From: Nemertoderma westbladi | Lineage: Eukaryota > Animalia > Xenacoelomorpha | NCBI GenBank assembly: GCA_032718475.1 | Contig: JAUCBJ010000505.1 | Coordinates: 62,001 to 126,000, forward strand | Length of the DNA stretch: 64,000 nucleotides | Direction: 5' to 3' | In this document: piece by piece, positions 53,926 through 64,000 of the stretch | Layout: every line of letters begins with the position of its first letter | How positions within the stretch are numbered: position 1 is the stretch's first letter | Notes under the pieces: generated by a model | Databases searched by the model: none | Told to the model about the DNA's origin: nothing | What the model saw: only the letters and a program-made list of their open reading frames with translations | Translations under genes and position numbers: made by a program

Positions 53926-56900
53926 ATGTCCAGTGAATATAAAGTTGGTTTACGTACTGATAAATTTACAGGACAAAACTGGTTTATGTGGAAGCATAAA
54001 ATGCAAATGGTACTGATTTCAATGGATCTGTGGGATGTTGTAAATGGTAGTGAACCCGCTCCACAAGCAGCAGGCGATGCGTTTCAAAAATGGTTGAAGA
54101 AAGATCAGAAAGCTCGCGCAGAAATTAGTTTGCATCTTGCCGATTCACAATTACCTCTAGTGATGGGGAAACCATCTGCATTAGACGCGTGGAATGGATT
54201 GAAGACTCAGTTCGAAATGCAAACGATGCAAAATATAATTTATTATAAAAGAAAGTATAGAGACGCTGTTATGCAAGAAGGCGACGATATGATGAGTCAT
54301 ATCAATAAGCATCAGGAATTGACGGCTCAACTGGATGCTATTGGAGCAAATGTGCCGGAAAAAGAGCAAATATGGGAATTACTGCTTAGTTTACCAAGAT
54401 CGTACGAAATGCTGGTAAGCACATTAGAAATGTCTAATGATCTATCTATAGAATTTCTGCGACAAAAATTATTAATGGAAGAACAAAAAAAGAAAGAAAC
54501 ACATAAATTTGATTCAAACGAAAATGATGCTTTATTTGCCAATGCTGCTTCAGGTAATTATCAAGGTAGAGGTCGTGCGTCATGGAACAGAGGACTTCAC
54601 GGTGGTATTGCTAGAGGAAGAGGTAGCAGCTGGCCTAGAAATGCAGGTAATTCTAATAATAATAATAATAGTTACAGTGCTAGGAACAGCTTCGGCCAAT
54701 CGCCAAGGTGTTTCAATTGTGGTACATATGGGCATATAGCTAGATACTGCACACGCCCAGATAATAATGTTACGAGTACGAACAGTAGAGGAAGTTCTGG
54801 TTTATCAAACCAAGGTGCTAATGTAGTTCGATTAGAAAACGATGAGAATGATTTTACCTTTTGGTGTTTATCGAGCAATGGAATATCTCACAAAAATGAT
54901 AATAGTAGTAAATGGTTTATAGATTCAGGAGCTACGCAACATATGTGCTGTAAACGTGATAATTTTCATGAATACGTTGAATTACAAAATCCCAGTGTCA
55001 TTCATTTAGCTAATAATGAAACTGTTGAAGCTTTGGGTATTGGAATGGTTAAATGGAACAATTTAAATGATGCATTTATGATTAAAAGATGTCAATTTGA
55101 GAATGTTTTATTTGTTCCGAGTTTGTGTCAAAATTTATTATCAGTGAAGAAAATAACAAATCATGATTGCCAAGTCGTGTTTAGTGAGAACATGTGTAAT
55201 GTATTTAGCGAACAAAGCAATAAATTGTTAATCACTGCAAAAATTCCCGAGAATGGTAATCAATATGAGCTTGAAGGCCACGTAAATAAAGAGAAACATG
55301 AGGTAAATTTTGCTCAATCTGAATCAAACATAGATTTGTGGCATTGTCGCCTTGGACATGTCAATGAACAAACATTAAGAAAAATGTTTAATGATGAACT
55401 TGTACATGGAATTGACTTAAATACGAAAGATCAGTTGAAATTTTGTGAAGGATGTGTTTTGGGAAAACAATCCAGAAATGAATTTCCAAAGGAAAGTAGC
55501 TCTAAATCCGATTGTGTTCTACAACTTGTTCATTCTGACGTATGCGGTCCCATGTCTGAAGTATCATTAGGTGGGAATCGATACTTTGTGACATTTATCG
55601 ATGATAAATCTCGATTTTGTGCGGTATATTTTATGAAGGCCAAAAGCGAAGTGATAGACAAGTTTCTGGAATATAAACATATGGCAGAGAGACAAACAGG
55701 AAAACTAATTAAAAAACTACGCTTTGACAACGGAACAGAGTACGTCAATGATGCATTCAAAAATTATTTTAAGGAAAAAGGCATATTAAGACAGATGACT
55801 GTTTGTTACTCACCACAACAGAACGGAATAGCTGAGAGAAAAAATCGAACTTTGGTTGAAAGTGGGAGAGCAATTTTACAATATGCTAAACTACCTATTT
55901 CATTTTGGGCAGAAGCCGTTCTAACTTCTGCGTTTATAAACAATCGCTGTTCAACCAAAGCCGTTTGTTCTAAAGTACCATATGAATGTTTTTATGGAGT
56001 TAAACCATCAGTAGCTGAGTTTAAAGTGTTTGGGTGTGACGCATGGGTTCATGTTCCAGACGAAAAAAGGAAGAAATGGGATGCTAAAAGTGTCAAACAT
56101 GTGTTCGTTGGATATGATTGTGAAAGGAAGGGATATCGAGTATATAATAAGGATACAAAAAAGGTATCAACAAGTCGTGATATTAAGTTTAATGAATTAA
56201 GTTTCGATGGACGTATTAGTCATAGTACAAGTGACATTATCAATGAGTGTGATGAAGTGATCAATGTGGATAATGATGTGGAAAATATCATTAAGAGTGA
56301 ACCTATTGTAGCTAAGGGGACAACCATAAATGACAAAGTCCATGATGATGAATCGGCTGAATCGTCTATAAGAAAATCTACACGCATAAAAAGACAACCA
56401 GATAGATATGGGGATTGGATAGAAGGTGAGAATCTCGAGAATATGGTTTTCTCTGTGTCAGGAGAAACGCCAAAGACAGTAAATGAAGTACTCAATAGTG
56501 TGAACAGTGAAAAGTGGAAATTGGCTCTTGAAACGGAATATAACTCGTTGATAAAGAATGACACGTGGAAATTAGTTGAATTGCCAGAAGGAAGAAATGC
56601 TGTGGGTTGTAAATGGGTTTTTAAAGAGAAAACAGGTTGTGATGGTCAAATTGAACGATATAAAGCTCGTCTCGTTGCTCAGGGGTACTCACAATTACCC
56701 AATATTGACTACCAAGAAACTTTTGCTCCTGTTGTTCGTTACACATCTGTTCGTACTATTCTATCTTTAGCCAATGAACTTGACTTGGAAGTTCATCATA
56801 TGGATGTTGAAACGGCATTTCTCAATGGAGTTTTAGAGGAAGAAATTTACATGAGACAACCTGAACATTTTATTCTCAAAGGAGATGAACATTTAGTGTG

Positions 56901-58005
56901 TAAATTAGAGAAAAGCATATATGGCTTAAAGCAGGCATCTCGTTGTTGGAATAAAGCAATGCATGACAATCTGGTTGATAATGGCTACATGCAATCGCAT
57001 GCAGATCCATGTATTTATATAAAACGAGAAGGTAATAACTTTCTAATATTGGCGTTATATGTAGATGACTTACTGCTTTGCTCCAATTCCATGATTATGT
57101 TGAAGGAAGAAAAATTAGCAATTTCAGAGCGATTTAATACAAAAGATTTAGGTGAAGTACGTTACTGCTTGGGAATCAAGATAGAAAGAGATCGCGATAA
57201 TCGAAAATTAAAATTAAATCAGCAAGCATATCTTGAAGATCTCTTAAATAAGTTTGGAATGCAAGACTGTAATACTGTCTCAACACCGTTTGATGCCAAT
57301 TCAAATTTGTCACTTAATGAAGGGGAGTCAGTTAATCAGAAGAGTTATCAAGCGGCTATAGGAGGGCTGACATATGCTGTTTGTGCTACAAGACCGGACT
57401 TGGCTGCAGCACTAAGTAATGTTAATCAATTCAGTTCTAATCCAGGCGAGGAACACTGGAAAGCGGTGAAGAGAATATTCAGATACATTAAAGGAACGAT
57501 GGATGTCGGCATTGAATATGTTGCTGATCAATCTAACAACCGTGTTCAATTAGTTGGATATGTAGATGCTGATTGGGGAAGAAACTATGATAGAAAATCT
57601 ATATCTGGATATTTGTTCTTTGTGAACGATTCACTTATTTCATGGGCGTGTAAAAAACAAACACTTGTGGCTCAGAGTACAACGGAGGCAGAGTATATTG
57701 CTGCTAGTGTCGCCACCAGGGAGTTAGTGTGGTTAAGAACTTTATTGGGGGATTTAGGCATTGACCAAAATGGGAGCACTACGTTATTCGAGGATAACAA
57801 TGGGTGTATTGCGTTATCGGAAAATCCACGTTTTCATGGAAGAACTAAGCATATAGAAATTAAATATCATTACATTCGAGACATGGTTAATAAGAAGATT
57901 GTTGTTCTAAAACATTGCCCAACTGAACATATGATCGCAGACATTATGACCAAACCACTATTCAAAGAAAAATTTTTAAAATTCAGAACAAAAATGATGG
58001 GTTAA
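53926..58005 (+). CDS. Copia gag-pol polyprotein (Gag, CCHC knuckle, protease, integrase, RT, RNase H)
   Basis: CFNCGTYGHIARYC, WFIDSGAT, LWHCRLGH, HSDVCGP...DNGTEY...QNGIAERKNRTL, YKARLVAQG, LYVDD, DADWG...EAEY...ADIMTK. Integrase precedes RT. First ATG at 53926. Confidence 0.97.
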   Translation: MSSEYKVGLRTDKFTGQNWFMWKHKMQMVLISMDLWDVVNGSEPAPQAAGDAFQKWLKKDQKARAEISLHLADSQLPLVMGKPSALDAWNGLKTQFEMQTMQNIIYYKRKYRDAVMQEGDDMMSHINKHQELTAQLDAIGANVPEKEQIWELLLSLPRSYEMLVSTLEMSNDLSIEFLRQKLLMEEQKKKETHKFDSNENDALFANAASGNYQGRGRASWNRGLHGGIARGRGSSWPRNAGNSNNNNNSYSARNSFGQSPRCFNCGTYGHIARYCTRPDNNVTSTNSRGSSGLSNQGANVVRLENDENDFTFWCLSSNGISHKNDNSSKWFIDSGATQHMCCKRDNFHEYVELQNPSVIHLANNETVEALGIGMVKWNNLNDAFMIKRCQFENVLFVPSLCQNLLSVKKITNHDCQVVFSENMCNVFSEQSNKLLITAKIPENGNQYELEGHVNKEKHEVNFAQSESNIDLWHCRLGHVNEQTLRKMFNDELVHGIDLNTKDQLKFCEGCVLGKQSRNEFPKESSSKSDCVLQLVHSDVCGPMSEVSLGGNRYFVTFIDDKSRFCAVYFMKAKSEVIDKFLEYKHMAERQTGKLIKKLRFDNGTEYVNDAFKNYFKEKGILRQMTVCYSPQQNGIAERKNRTLVESGRAILQYAKLPISFWAEAVLTSAFINNRCSTKAVCSKVPYECFYGVKPSVAEFKVFGCDAWVHVPDEKRKKWDAKSVKHVFVGYDCERKGYRVYNKDTKKVSTSRDIKFNELSFDGRISHSTSDIINECDEVINVDNDVENIIKSEPIVAKGTTINDKVHDDESAESSIRKSTRIKRQPDRYGDWIEGENLENMVFSVSGETPKTVNEVLNSVNSEKWKLALETEYNSLIKNDTWKLVELPEGRNAVGCKWVFKEKTGCDGQIERYKARLVAQGYSQLPNIDYQETFAPVVRYTSVRTILSLANELDLEVHHMDVETAFLNGVLEEEIYMRQPEHFILKGDEHLVCKLEKSIYGLKQASRCWNKAMHDNLVDNGYMQSHADPCIYIKREGNNFLILALYVDDLLLCSNSMIMLKEEKLAISERFNTKDLGEVRYCLGIKIERDRDNRKLKLNQQAYLEDLLNKFGMQDCNTVSTPFDANSNLSLNEGESVNQKSYQAAIGGLTYAVCATRPDLAAALSNVNQFSSNPGEEHWKAVKRIFRYIKGTMDVGIEYVADQSNNRVQLVGYVDADWGRNYDRKSISGYLFFVNDSLISWACKKQTLVAQSTTEAEYIAASVATRELVWLRTLLGDLGIDQNGSTTLFEDNNGCIALSENPRFHGRTKHIEIKYHYIRDMVNKKIVVLKHCPTEHMIADIMTKPLFKEKFLKFRTKMMG

Positions 58006-58053
58006 ATTTCATCTCAGATCTCAAGATAAACTGACGTACTTGACGAGGGGAAG

Positions 58054-58295
58054 TGTTGGAAATATTTTATTATTGGTTCGTCAAGTACTCTGCCAAACTG
58101 TATTGCACAATATAGTTCTGTTTTGTAATATCTCTATGTATATTGGTGATGGGCGTTTGTTTGTCTTCTAAACTCAAATGGACTATCAGCTGTTAATGTA
58201 ACTTACTGTACGATATATTATTTCTAGTTTGAAAAGCGATTTTATGTTTTGATTAAAAGGTTGTTTGAGACACAGTTATAAATTGTTTTCTAATA
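58054..58295 (+). repeat. Copia 3' LTR (TG...TA)
   Basis: Follows the PPT and is followed by the TSD GACCA. Confidence 0.96.
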
Positions 58296-58858
58296 GACCA
58301 GGATTGGATTTTTCGCCGGGATCCCCGTTTTTCGGGATCGGGATCCCGTCCAGGGACCGGGACACCAACCGCGCAACCCCCACTATGTTTACATTAGTAA
58401 TGCTGAGGTCAGAGGAATTACGGACAAAATAAGTCTCACAGGGTCAGTAATCTCCTGACCGGCTGCCTGTCTCACCCCCTACTGGAGAGAGAGCGGCCAA
58501 TAATTATGTGAGTCCCTTTCCTGATGACCTTTCGAGCCCAGTAGGGGGCTCCCTACTACCAGTCAGTAGGTTCCCTACTACCAGTCAGTCAGTCAGTAGG
58601 GTTCCCTACTAGGAAGTAGGAACCCTACTGCCACTAAGAAAGTGGGATGAGATATGGGGAAATTGAATTATTATTAATTAAATCTCACAAACACTTTAAA
58701 GACATAATAATACCGATACCGACAGACCGATACATTTTGATTGGTACCGGTACTGGATCGGTAGTAATGGTACCGATTATTTAAGGTTCAGTAACGGTTG
58801 GTATTCGATAGAAAAACATTCTGAAGACTTTAGTTTTATCTTAGGCCTATAGACTTAC

Positions 58859-59698
58859 CTGCTTCCTAGATAAAGCTTCCTGAATGGCTTTCTTGTCCTG
58901 TGATTTGGATTGATTGAGGAGCTTACTAACGTTTGTGGCCCCATCGACCACGGCTGTCTCTACACCTATTCGGTAGCGAAGATCTTCTAGTCTGGCTTTC
59001 ACAGCATCTGGAGTCAACTCGACCATGGCAATTCCGCCACTGTTGGACTGCCTACGCATCACTAACGCCTCAGATGGATTGACCGCCGCCGTCGTTATTT
59101 CCTGCCTCATCTTCAGTATCTGCATCCGGATGTATTCGATCTTGGACTTTGAGTCAGTAGCCATCTGCTGTGCCTCAGCAAACATCCTGCGGTCCCGTCT
59201 TGCACCTGATCCGTAGATCGCCAGCATGTTATCTGCACCCTGCTTCACCCGCAGTTCAATGTTAAGTTTCCGTTTGAGGTTAGCAAGTCTAGGATTCACG
59301 TTCTCGTCATTTGGTTCACAATATCCATCTGGACTCTTTGTTCCATCTACCGGGATACTCTCATCAACACCATGGAAGGAAGTCAAAATATAGTTATTAA
59401 CTTGGTCTAATTCGATCTGCAATTCCTGGAGTTTCCTATTGGCTTTTTTTACCTGGCCAGTGACATTCTCTAAACTCCTCTTATCAGTGGAAACTTTTCT
59501 AAGATTTTCGGCGCCTTCTTTTATCTTCAATTCCTTGCGTATTTCACTGCGTATTTCCTCTTGAACTTCTTTCAGTCGAGACATCATAGCAGGGTCATCG
59601 AAATTGATGTCACCTTGACCGGCGTGTAAGCGGTAATAAAACGAACTGGTCTTATCTACCTGTTCAGTAGAGTATCTTCGATCCGAGCTTATATTCAT
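58859..59698 (-). CDS. PKN: Protein kinase N coding exon 1: HR1a, HR1b and start of HR1c Rho-binding repeats
   Basis: IRKELKIKEGAENLRKV, LNIELRVKQGADNM, LEDLRYRIGVETAVVDGATNV; ends at the GTAAGT donor. An acceptor-like TTTACAG lies 1 nt before the ATG, so a further upstream exon is possible. Confidence 0.92.
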
Positions 59699-59947
59699 TC
59701 TGTAAAGCAGTAGGCCTATAAAGCGGATCAGCAGATACAGATAGCAGATAGGTCAGTCAGTCAGTACAGTACTCAGTAGGTACCAGTATGTCAGAATGTC
59801 AGTCAGTACTGCTGACTGAAGAGCCTAAACTTTGATTATATACTATATATTATATTACTTTTATATGCGAGCATTTATCATTGGAATTGGACCGGATTTA
59901 GTCTAATCTTCACCCTAACCATTAACAAATAGCCCAAATTGTGACCT

Positions 59948-60925
59948 ATGAAGATGACAACACGAAACTCAAACTCGAGAAATTCTATACCAGGTACCGG
60001 TAACAACGTTTCAACGCCTAATAACTTGATGAAAGTGAACAAGAGCAAAGTAACTACCGGTCCCGAAAAAGTCAAGGATAAACAGAAATGGACCGCCCTG
60101 GCTATTGAATGCTCAGACTGTAAAGAAGTTTGGACAGATGTCCAAGTTCCGTCTGGTAAGGTTGCTGAGTTCGAGTCAAGGAGGTTCCTCTGTGGGTTTT
60201 GCGCATCCAATTCCCAAAAGGACAACCAGATCCTACAAGAGAAATTTGAAAAACTCAATCTAGCAAAAATTCTTCCCTCAGCTGCGACCCAGTCTGACAA
60301 CAAGCCTCACAAGCGGACTTTTTCAGAAGTTGTTGGGCGATCAAACCTCTCTGAACCTAGCCATAACGTCGCCCTCCTATCACGACAGGTCCGCAACGAA
60401 GAAAAAGAACAGTTACTGCGTCAGTGCAATGTCCTCATCCGTGGAACAAATCCAAAATCAAGCAACCACGCCGACCTAAACTTAATTGAAGAGATAGCTA
60501 CAGATATTGACGTCAACATCAACACCTGTGACATTACTGCTAAGAGGGTAGGTAAACCTCAAGGTGAAGCAAATAAAACCCAGAACCTCATAGTTACCCT
60601 GCCTCCTGAAAAACGTCGCGAACTACTATGGAAGTCAAGAAACTTACGGAAAAGTCTGCGATTCAGCCACATATTCATATGTCCTGACTACACACCAGCC
60701 GAACAGAAATTGCGATATGATCTCCGGCAAGAGAAACGGGCAGCTGCTGCAGCCCACCCAGGCAGAGATTGGGTAATACGTAATGGGACCGTGCAAGAAC
60801 GTACTACCACACCTGGCGAAACTGTCCCAGACAACGTTAACCTTAATCCTATTGTTTCACCCGCACCCTCAGTCGAAGATATTACAACTAGTTCCCCCAG
60901 GATGCCTGGCAACACATTGGACTGA
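59948..60925 (+). CDS. LINE ORF1p (PHD-like Cys cluster + RRM-type domain), 325 aa
   Basis: IECSDC...FLCGFC; RQCNVLIRG...KRVGK...LIVTL...IFICPDYTPAEQ. Confidence 0.85.
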   Translation: MKMTTRNSNSRNSIPGTGNNVSTPNNLMKVNKSKVTTGPEKVKDKQKWTALAIECSDCKEVWTDVQVPSGKVAEFESRRFLCGFCASNSQKDNQILQEKFEKLNLAKILPSAATQSDNKPHKRTFSEVVGRSNLSEPSHNVALLSRQVRNEEKEQLLRQCNVLIRGTNPKSSNHADLNLIEEIATDIDVNINTCDITAKRVGKPQGEANKTQNLIVTLPPEKRRELLWKSRNLRKSLRFSHIFICPDYTPAEQKLRYDLRQEKRAAAAAHPGRDWVIRNGTVQERTTTPGETVPDNVNLNPIVSPAPSVEDITTSSPRMPGNTLD

Positions 60926-63900
60926 CTAGCACGTACTGCCACTGGAACGGCGACCCTACAATCTGACAATCCAGTAACTGGCCCAAACAAACAGCCCATA
61001 ATTGCTCATATGCATCCACCGGAGAACACGAAACTATGTACTACATATCCAGACTTTTACAGTTTTCCAGGTAATGGGTTACACATCATCCATGCTAATG
61101 TTAGAAGTCTCCTTCCAAAAATAGCTGAAGTGCGAATTATTTTAAAATCACTCAAGATAGACATTCTAACTCTTTCAGAGACTTGGCTGGATGATTCTGT
61201 AACCAACAAAGCAGTAGAAGTAATTGGGTACAACTTATTCAGGAATGACAGATCACGTGATGGAGGCGGAGTAGCCATATATGTCTTGGAGTCACATCCT
61301 TTCTCAGAATTCCAACGTCCCATCAGATGTACAACTGAGTGCATATTTGGCACGATCCATCTCCCACACACCAAACCAATACTTATTGGCTCAATATACC
61401 GACCTGAAAGGGATACATATTTTTTCGATGATATTGACCTCATTCTTGGAGATATTGCCAACTACAAAGAGGTATTCATTTTGGGCGATACTAATAGTGA
61501 TACACTTAATGTACATAATCCGAATACATTGGCTGCCAGAAAGAAACTTCAAGCATTCTGCAATTCAACTGGACTCACACAGATAATTACTGAACCAACT
61601 CGGGTATCTGAACATTCAGAAACAACTATAGACCATGTATTTGTCACAAAATCAGAATTGATTAGAAACAGTGGAGTGATGAAAGTTGGTTTAAGTGACC
61701 ACTACATGGTTTTTGTTACCCGTAGACGTCCTAAAGCAACTCCCAGTAAAGAACATGTCACCCGTCAATGCCGATCTTACAAAGGTTATTCACCAGAACT
61801 TCTTTGCCACCACCTTAAAAATAACTCTACTTTGCCATCAATTCTGACCACAACTAACTCTGAAACTGCAGCTAAAATTCTCACAGATGAATTAACTAAC
61901 ACACTTGACCTAATTGCACCAATTAGGAGCATCCGCATCAAGCAATCAACTGAGTCATGGATCACCCCTGAAATCATGTCACTGATTCAGGCTAGAAATA
62001 GAGCCCAACATATTTTCCATCACCATAGAACGCCAACTAACTACAACTCTTACAAACGCCTACGCAACGATGTTACACTACATATTAGAACTGCTAAATC
62101 TTCATATATCAAAACCTGTCTGGAACACAATAAATGCAACAGCAAAGAACTCTGGAAAGTACTAAAGTCGCTGGGGGCACCTTCAAAAAAAGCCAAAATC
62201 TCGACCAGAATAGCAGCCATCAAAACTGAGGATGGTTCCCTGGCTACCGATCCTGAAGTTATTGCAAATCATATGAACCATTATTTTACCAACGCTGCCA
62301 AAAACCTTGTAGACAAACTACCACCACAACCAAATATTTACAATGGAGTAGCTGTTAAAGAGTTCTATGCTGCAAAAGGAATCCAACCAGGCAGTTTCAC
62401 CTTGAAACCCGTAGATCTTTCAGACATCAATAAAATCATTATGAGCCTCGACATCCACAAGAGTAGTGGGCCTGATTCTATTAGTCCAAGAATTATAAAG
62501 GATGGATGCCCAATTATTGAAAACTACTTAACTCATATTGTGAACTTATCAATAAAATCAGCCGTGTTCCCTGACCCATACAAGGTTGCCAAAGTTGCAC
62601 CAGCATTTAAGAAAGGAATACTAACCCATGACACAAACTTCCGCCCCATATCATTATTAGTCATCATGTCAAAAGTTTTAGAAAAAACTGTGTTCGATCA
62701 ACTTATGCCCTATTTAATATCTAACAACATACTAGATTTACTACAATCCGGCTTTCGACCTGGTCACTCGGTGCAAACCTGCTTAATGTATCTGGACAAT
62801 ATCATCCGCGATGCTATGGATTCTGGGAAAATAGTCGGGATGGTTGCCATTGACCTCCAAAAAGCGTTCGACACGGTCGACCACAAAATTCTGCTTCACA
62901 AGTTGAGGTGTATTGGCCTGGATGAACATAGCGTTAACTGGTTCCGATCATACCTATCTGGCAGATCCCAGTTTGTCCAGGTAGGAAACTCTCGTTCTAG
63001 AACTCTTGGAATTGACTGCGGTACTCCTCAAGGAGCCCTACTTGCTGTCCTCTTATTCCTGATCTATATGAACGATTTAGACCTTGCCTTGCCTCCTGTC
63101 AAATCCTTGTTGAAAACAGCATCCCAGACTAACGACGTCAATAATGCCAGCCCAGCCAAAACTGCCTGCCACGAATCCGCCACTGCACTGAAGTATGCTG
63201 ACGATACCAACCTCATCAAAGCCGGAGACAACTGCGAAGAAATTTCTGCATGCCTTACTGAAACTCTGTCGCGCGTAGCTGATTGGGCAGTTGATAATCG
63301 CCTCAGTATACACCCTGGGAAATTCGAGGTCTTCCTTTTTGGAACGCACCAATGCATTGCATCAGCCGGAAGCCTTGAAGTCTACTACAAAAATAAACTA
63401 CTCGAACCAACAGATACCATAAAGTACTTGGGATACGTGATGGATCCAACCTTATCCGGATCGGAGTCCGCACATAAAATTATACGCAGGGGAAACGCAT
63501 GTCTCAAATTCCTTTATCGGAATTCGCAAGTCCTTGACAAACCCCTGCGTCGGTTGCTTTGCAACTCACTGATACAGCCGCTTATAGACTTTTCAGCCCC
63601 TTGCTGGTATCCGAGTGCTGCGAGTCGTCTACGTAATCAAGTCGATGCACTCCAACGCAAGTGCATCAGGTTCTGCCTGGGACTTGACTCTCGAGCGCAT
63701 ATTGGTGCTGCCCATTTTGTAGATATAAACTGGCTTCCAATTACCGAACGTACCCACCAGATAATATTAACCCACATGTTTAATATCCACGCAAAGACAG
63801 CCCCGGCTTATATGCGCGACATGGTTATTTTTACTGAACCTTCTCACCTCCTACGTAACGGAGCCGCACACGCTTTACTACCCCAGAAACACACGGTAGC

Positions 63901-64000
63901 AGCCACACAGTCGTTCTCCTACCTTGGCCCATATCTGTGGAATAAACTCCCCAATGCGATCAAAGAAATTAGGAGTGTGGAAAGTTTTAAGCATAAGTTA
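60926..64000 (+). CDS. LINE ORF2p (APE endonuclease + RT), in frame with ORF1, 3' partial
   Basis: HANVRSL, LSETWL, GGGVAIY, IYRP, LGDTN, SDHY, FRPISLL, IDLQKAFDTVDH, PQGALL, YADD at 63194 in the same frame. Missing from the ORF track, consistent with no stop before the window end. First ATG at 61010. Confidence 0.9.

Larger units (their letters stand above)
53521..58295 (+). mobile_element. Full-length Ty1/Copia LTR retrotransposon
   Basis: Two 242-bp LTRs, 5-bp TSD GACCA (53516-53520; 58296-58300), PBS, PPT GAGGGGAAG (58045-58053) and a single intact ORF. Confidence 0.98.
53197..58380. mobile_element. Probable MITE remnant with CGGGAT subterminal repeats, split by the Copia insertion
   Basis: Clusters of CGGGAT/ATCCCG on both sides of the Copia element (53197-53260, 53490-53520, 58301-58365). 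Termini not resolved. Confidence 0.4.
51324..58858 (-). other. Phase-0 GT-AG intron of PKN (7535 bp) containing RTE, Copia and MITE insertions
   Basis: Donor CAG|GTAAGT and acceptor TAG|G. Joining gives [28 protein letters not shown], a continuous HR1 helix. Confidence 0.9.
59948..64000 (+). mobile_element. Apparently intact CR1/L2-group LINE (ORF1 + ORF2), running off the right edge
   Basis: ORF1 followed by an open APE-RT frame reaching the typical C-terminal LWNKLP...SFKHKL at the window end. 5' boundary not resolved. Confidence 0.93.

Noticed and set aside
58521-58560. Hammerhead ribozyme core suggested by CTGATGA
   Set aside because: No correctly placed GAAA or stem II/III arrangement found by eye.

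Overview
This is repeat-dense eukaryotic DNA, most likely from an invertebrate animal (inferred from the gene and transposon families). It holds two host genes, both on the minus strand: an intronless Jun/AP-1 bZIP factor (24604-26007) and a two-exon protein kinase N (PKN; 59698-58859 + 51323-49089, about 1024 aa). About 25 kb is tandem repeat (38-, 41-, 72- and 17-bp satellites plus small minisatellites). Most of the rest is transposons: four CR1/L2-group LINEs, four 5'-truncated copies of one RTE family, an intact Copia element with identical LTRs, non-autonomous Helitrons nested in DNA-transposon MITEs, and a foldback with tRNA-like ends. Best leads: (1) a LINE whose ORF1 and ORF2 are in frame and separated only by a UGA-CUAG readthrough-type stop; (2) Helitrons carrying RFX X-box-like palindromes about every 150 bp; (3) a tRNA-tipped foldback just 3' of jun; (4) a 17-bp satellite that may have been seeded from LINE coding sequence. 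All calls were made by eye; no searches or folding were run.
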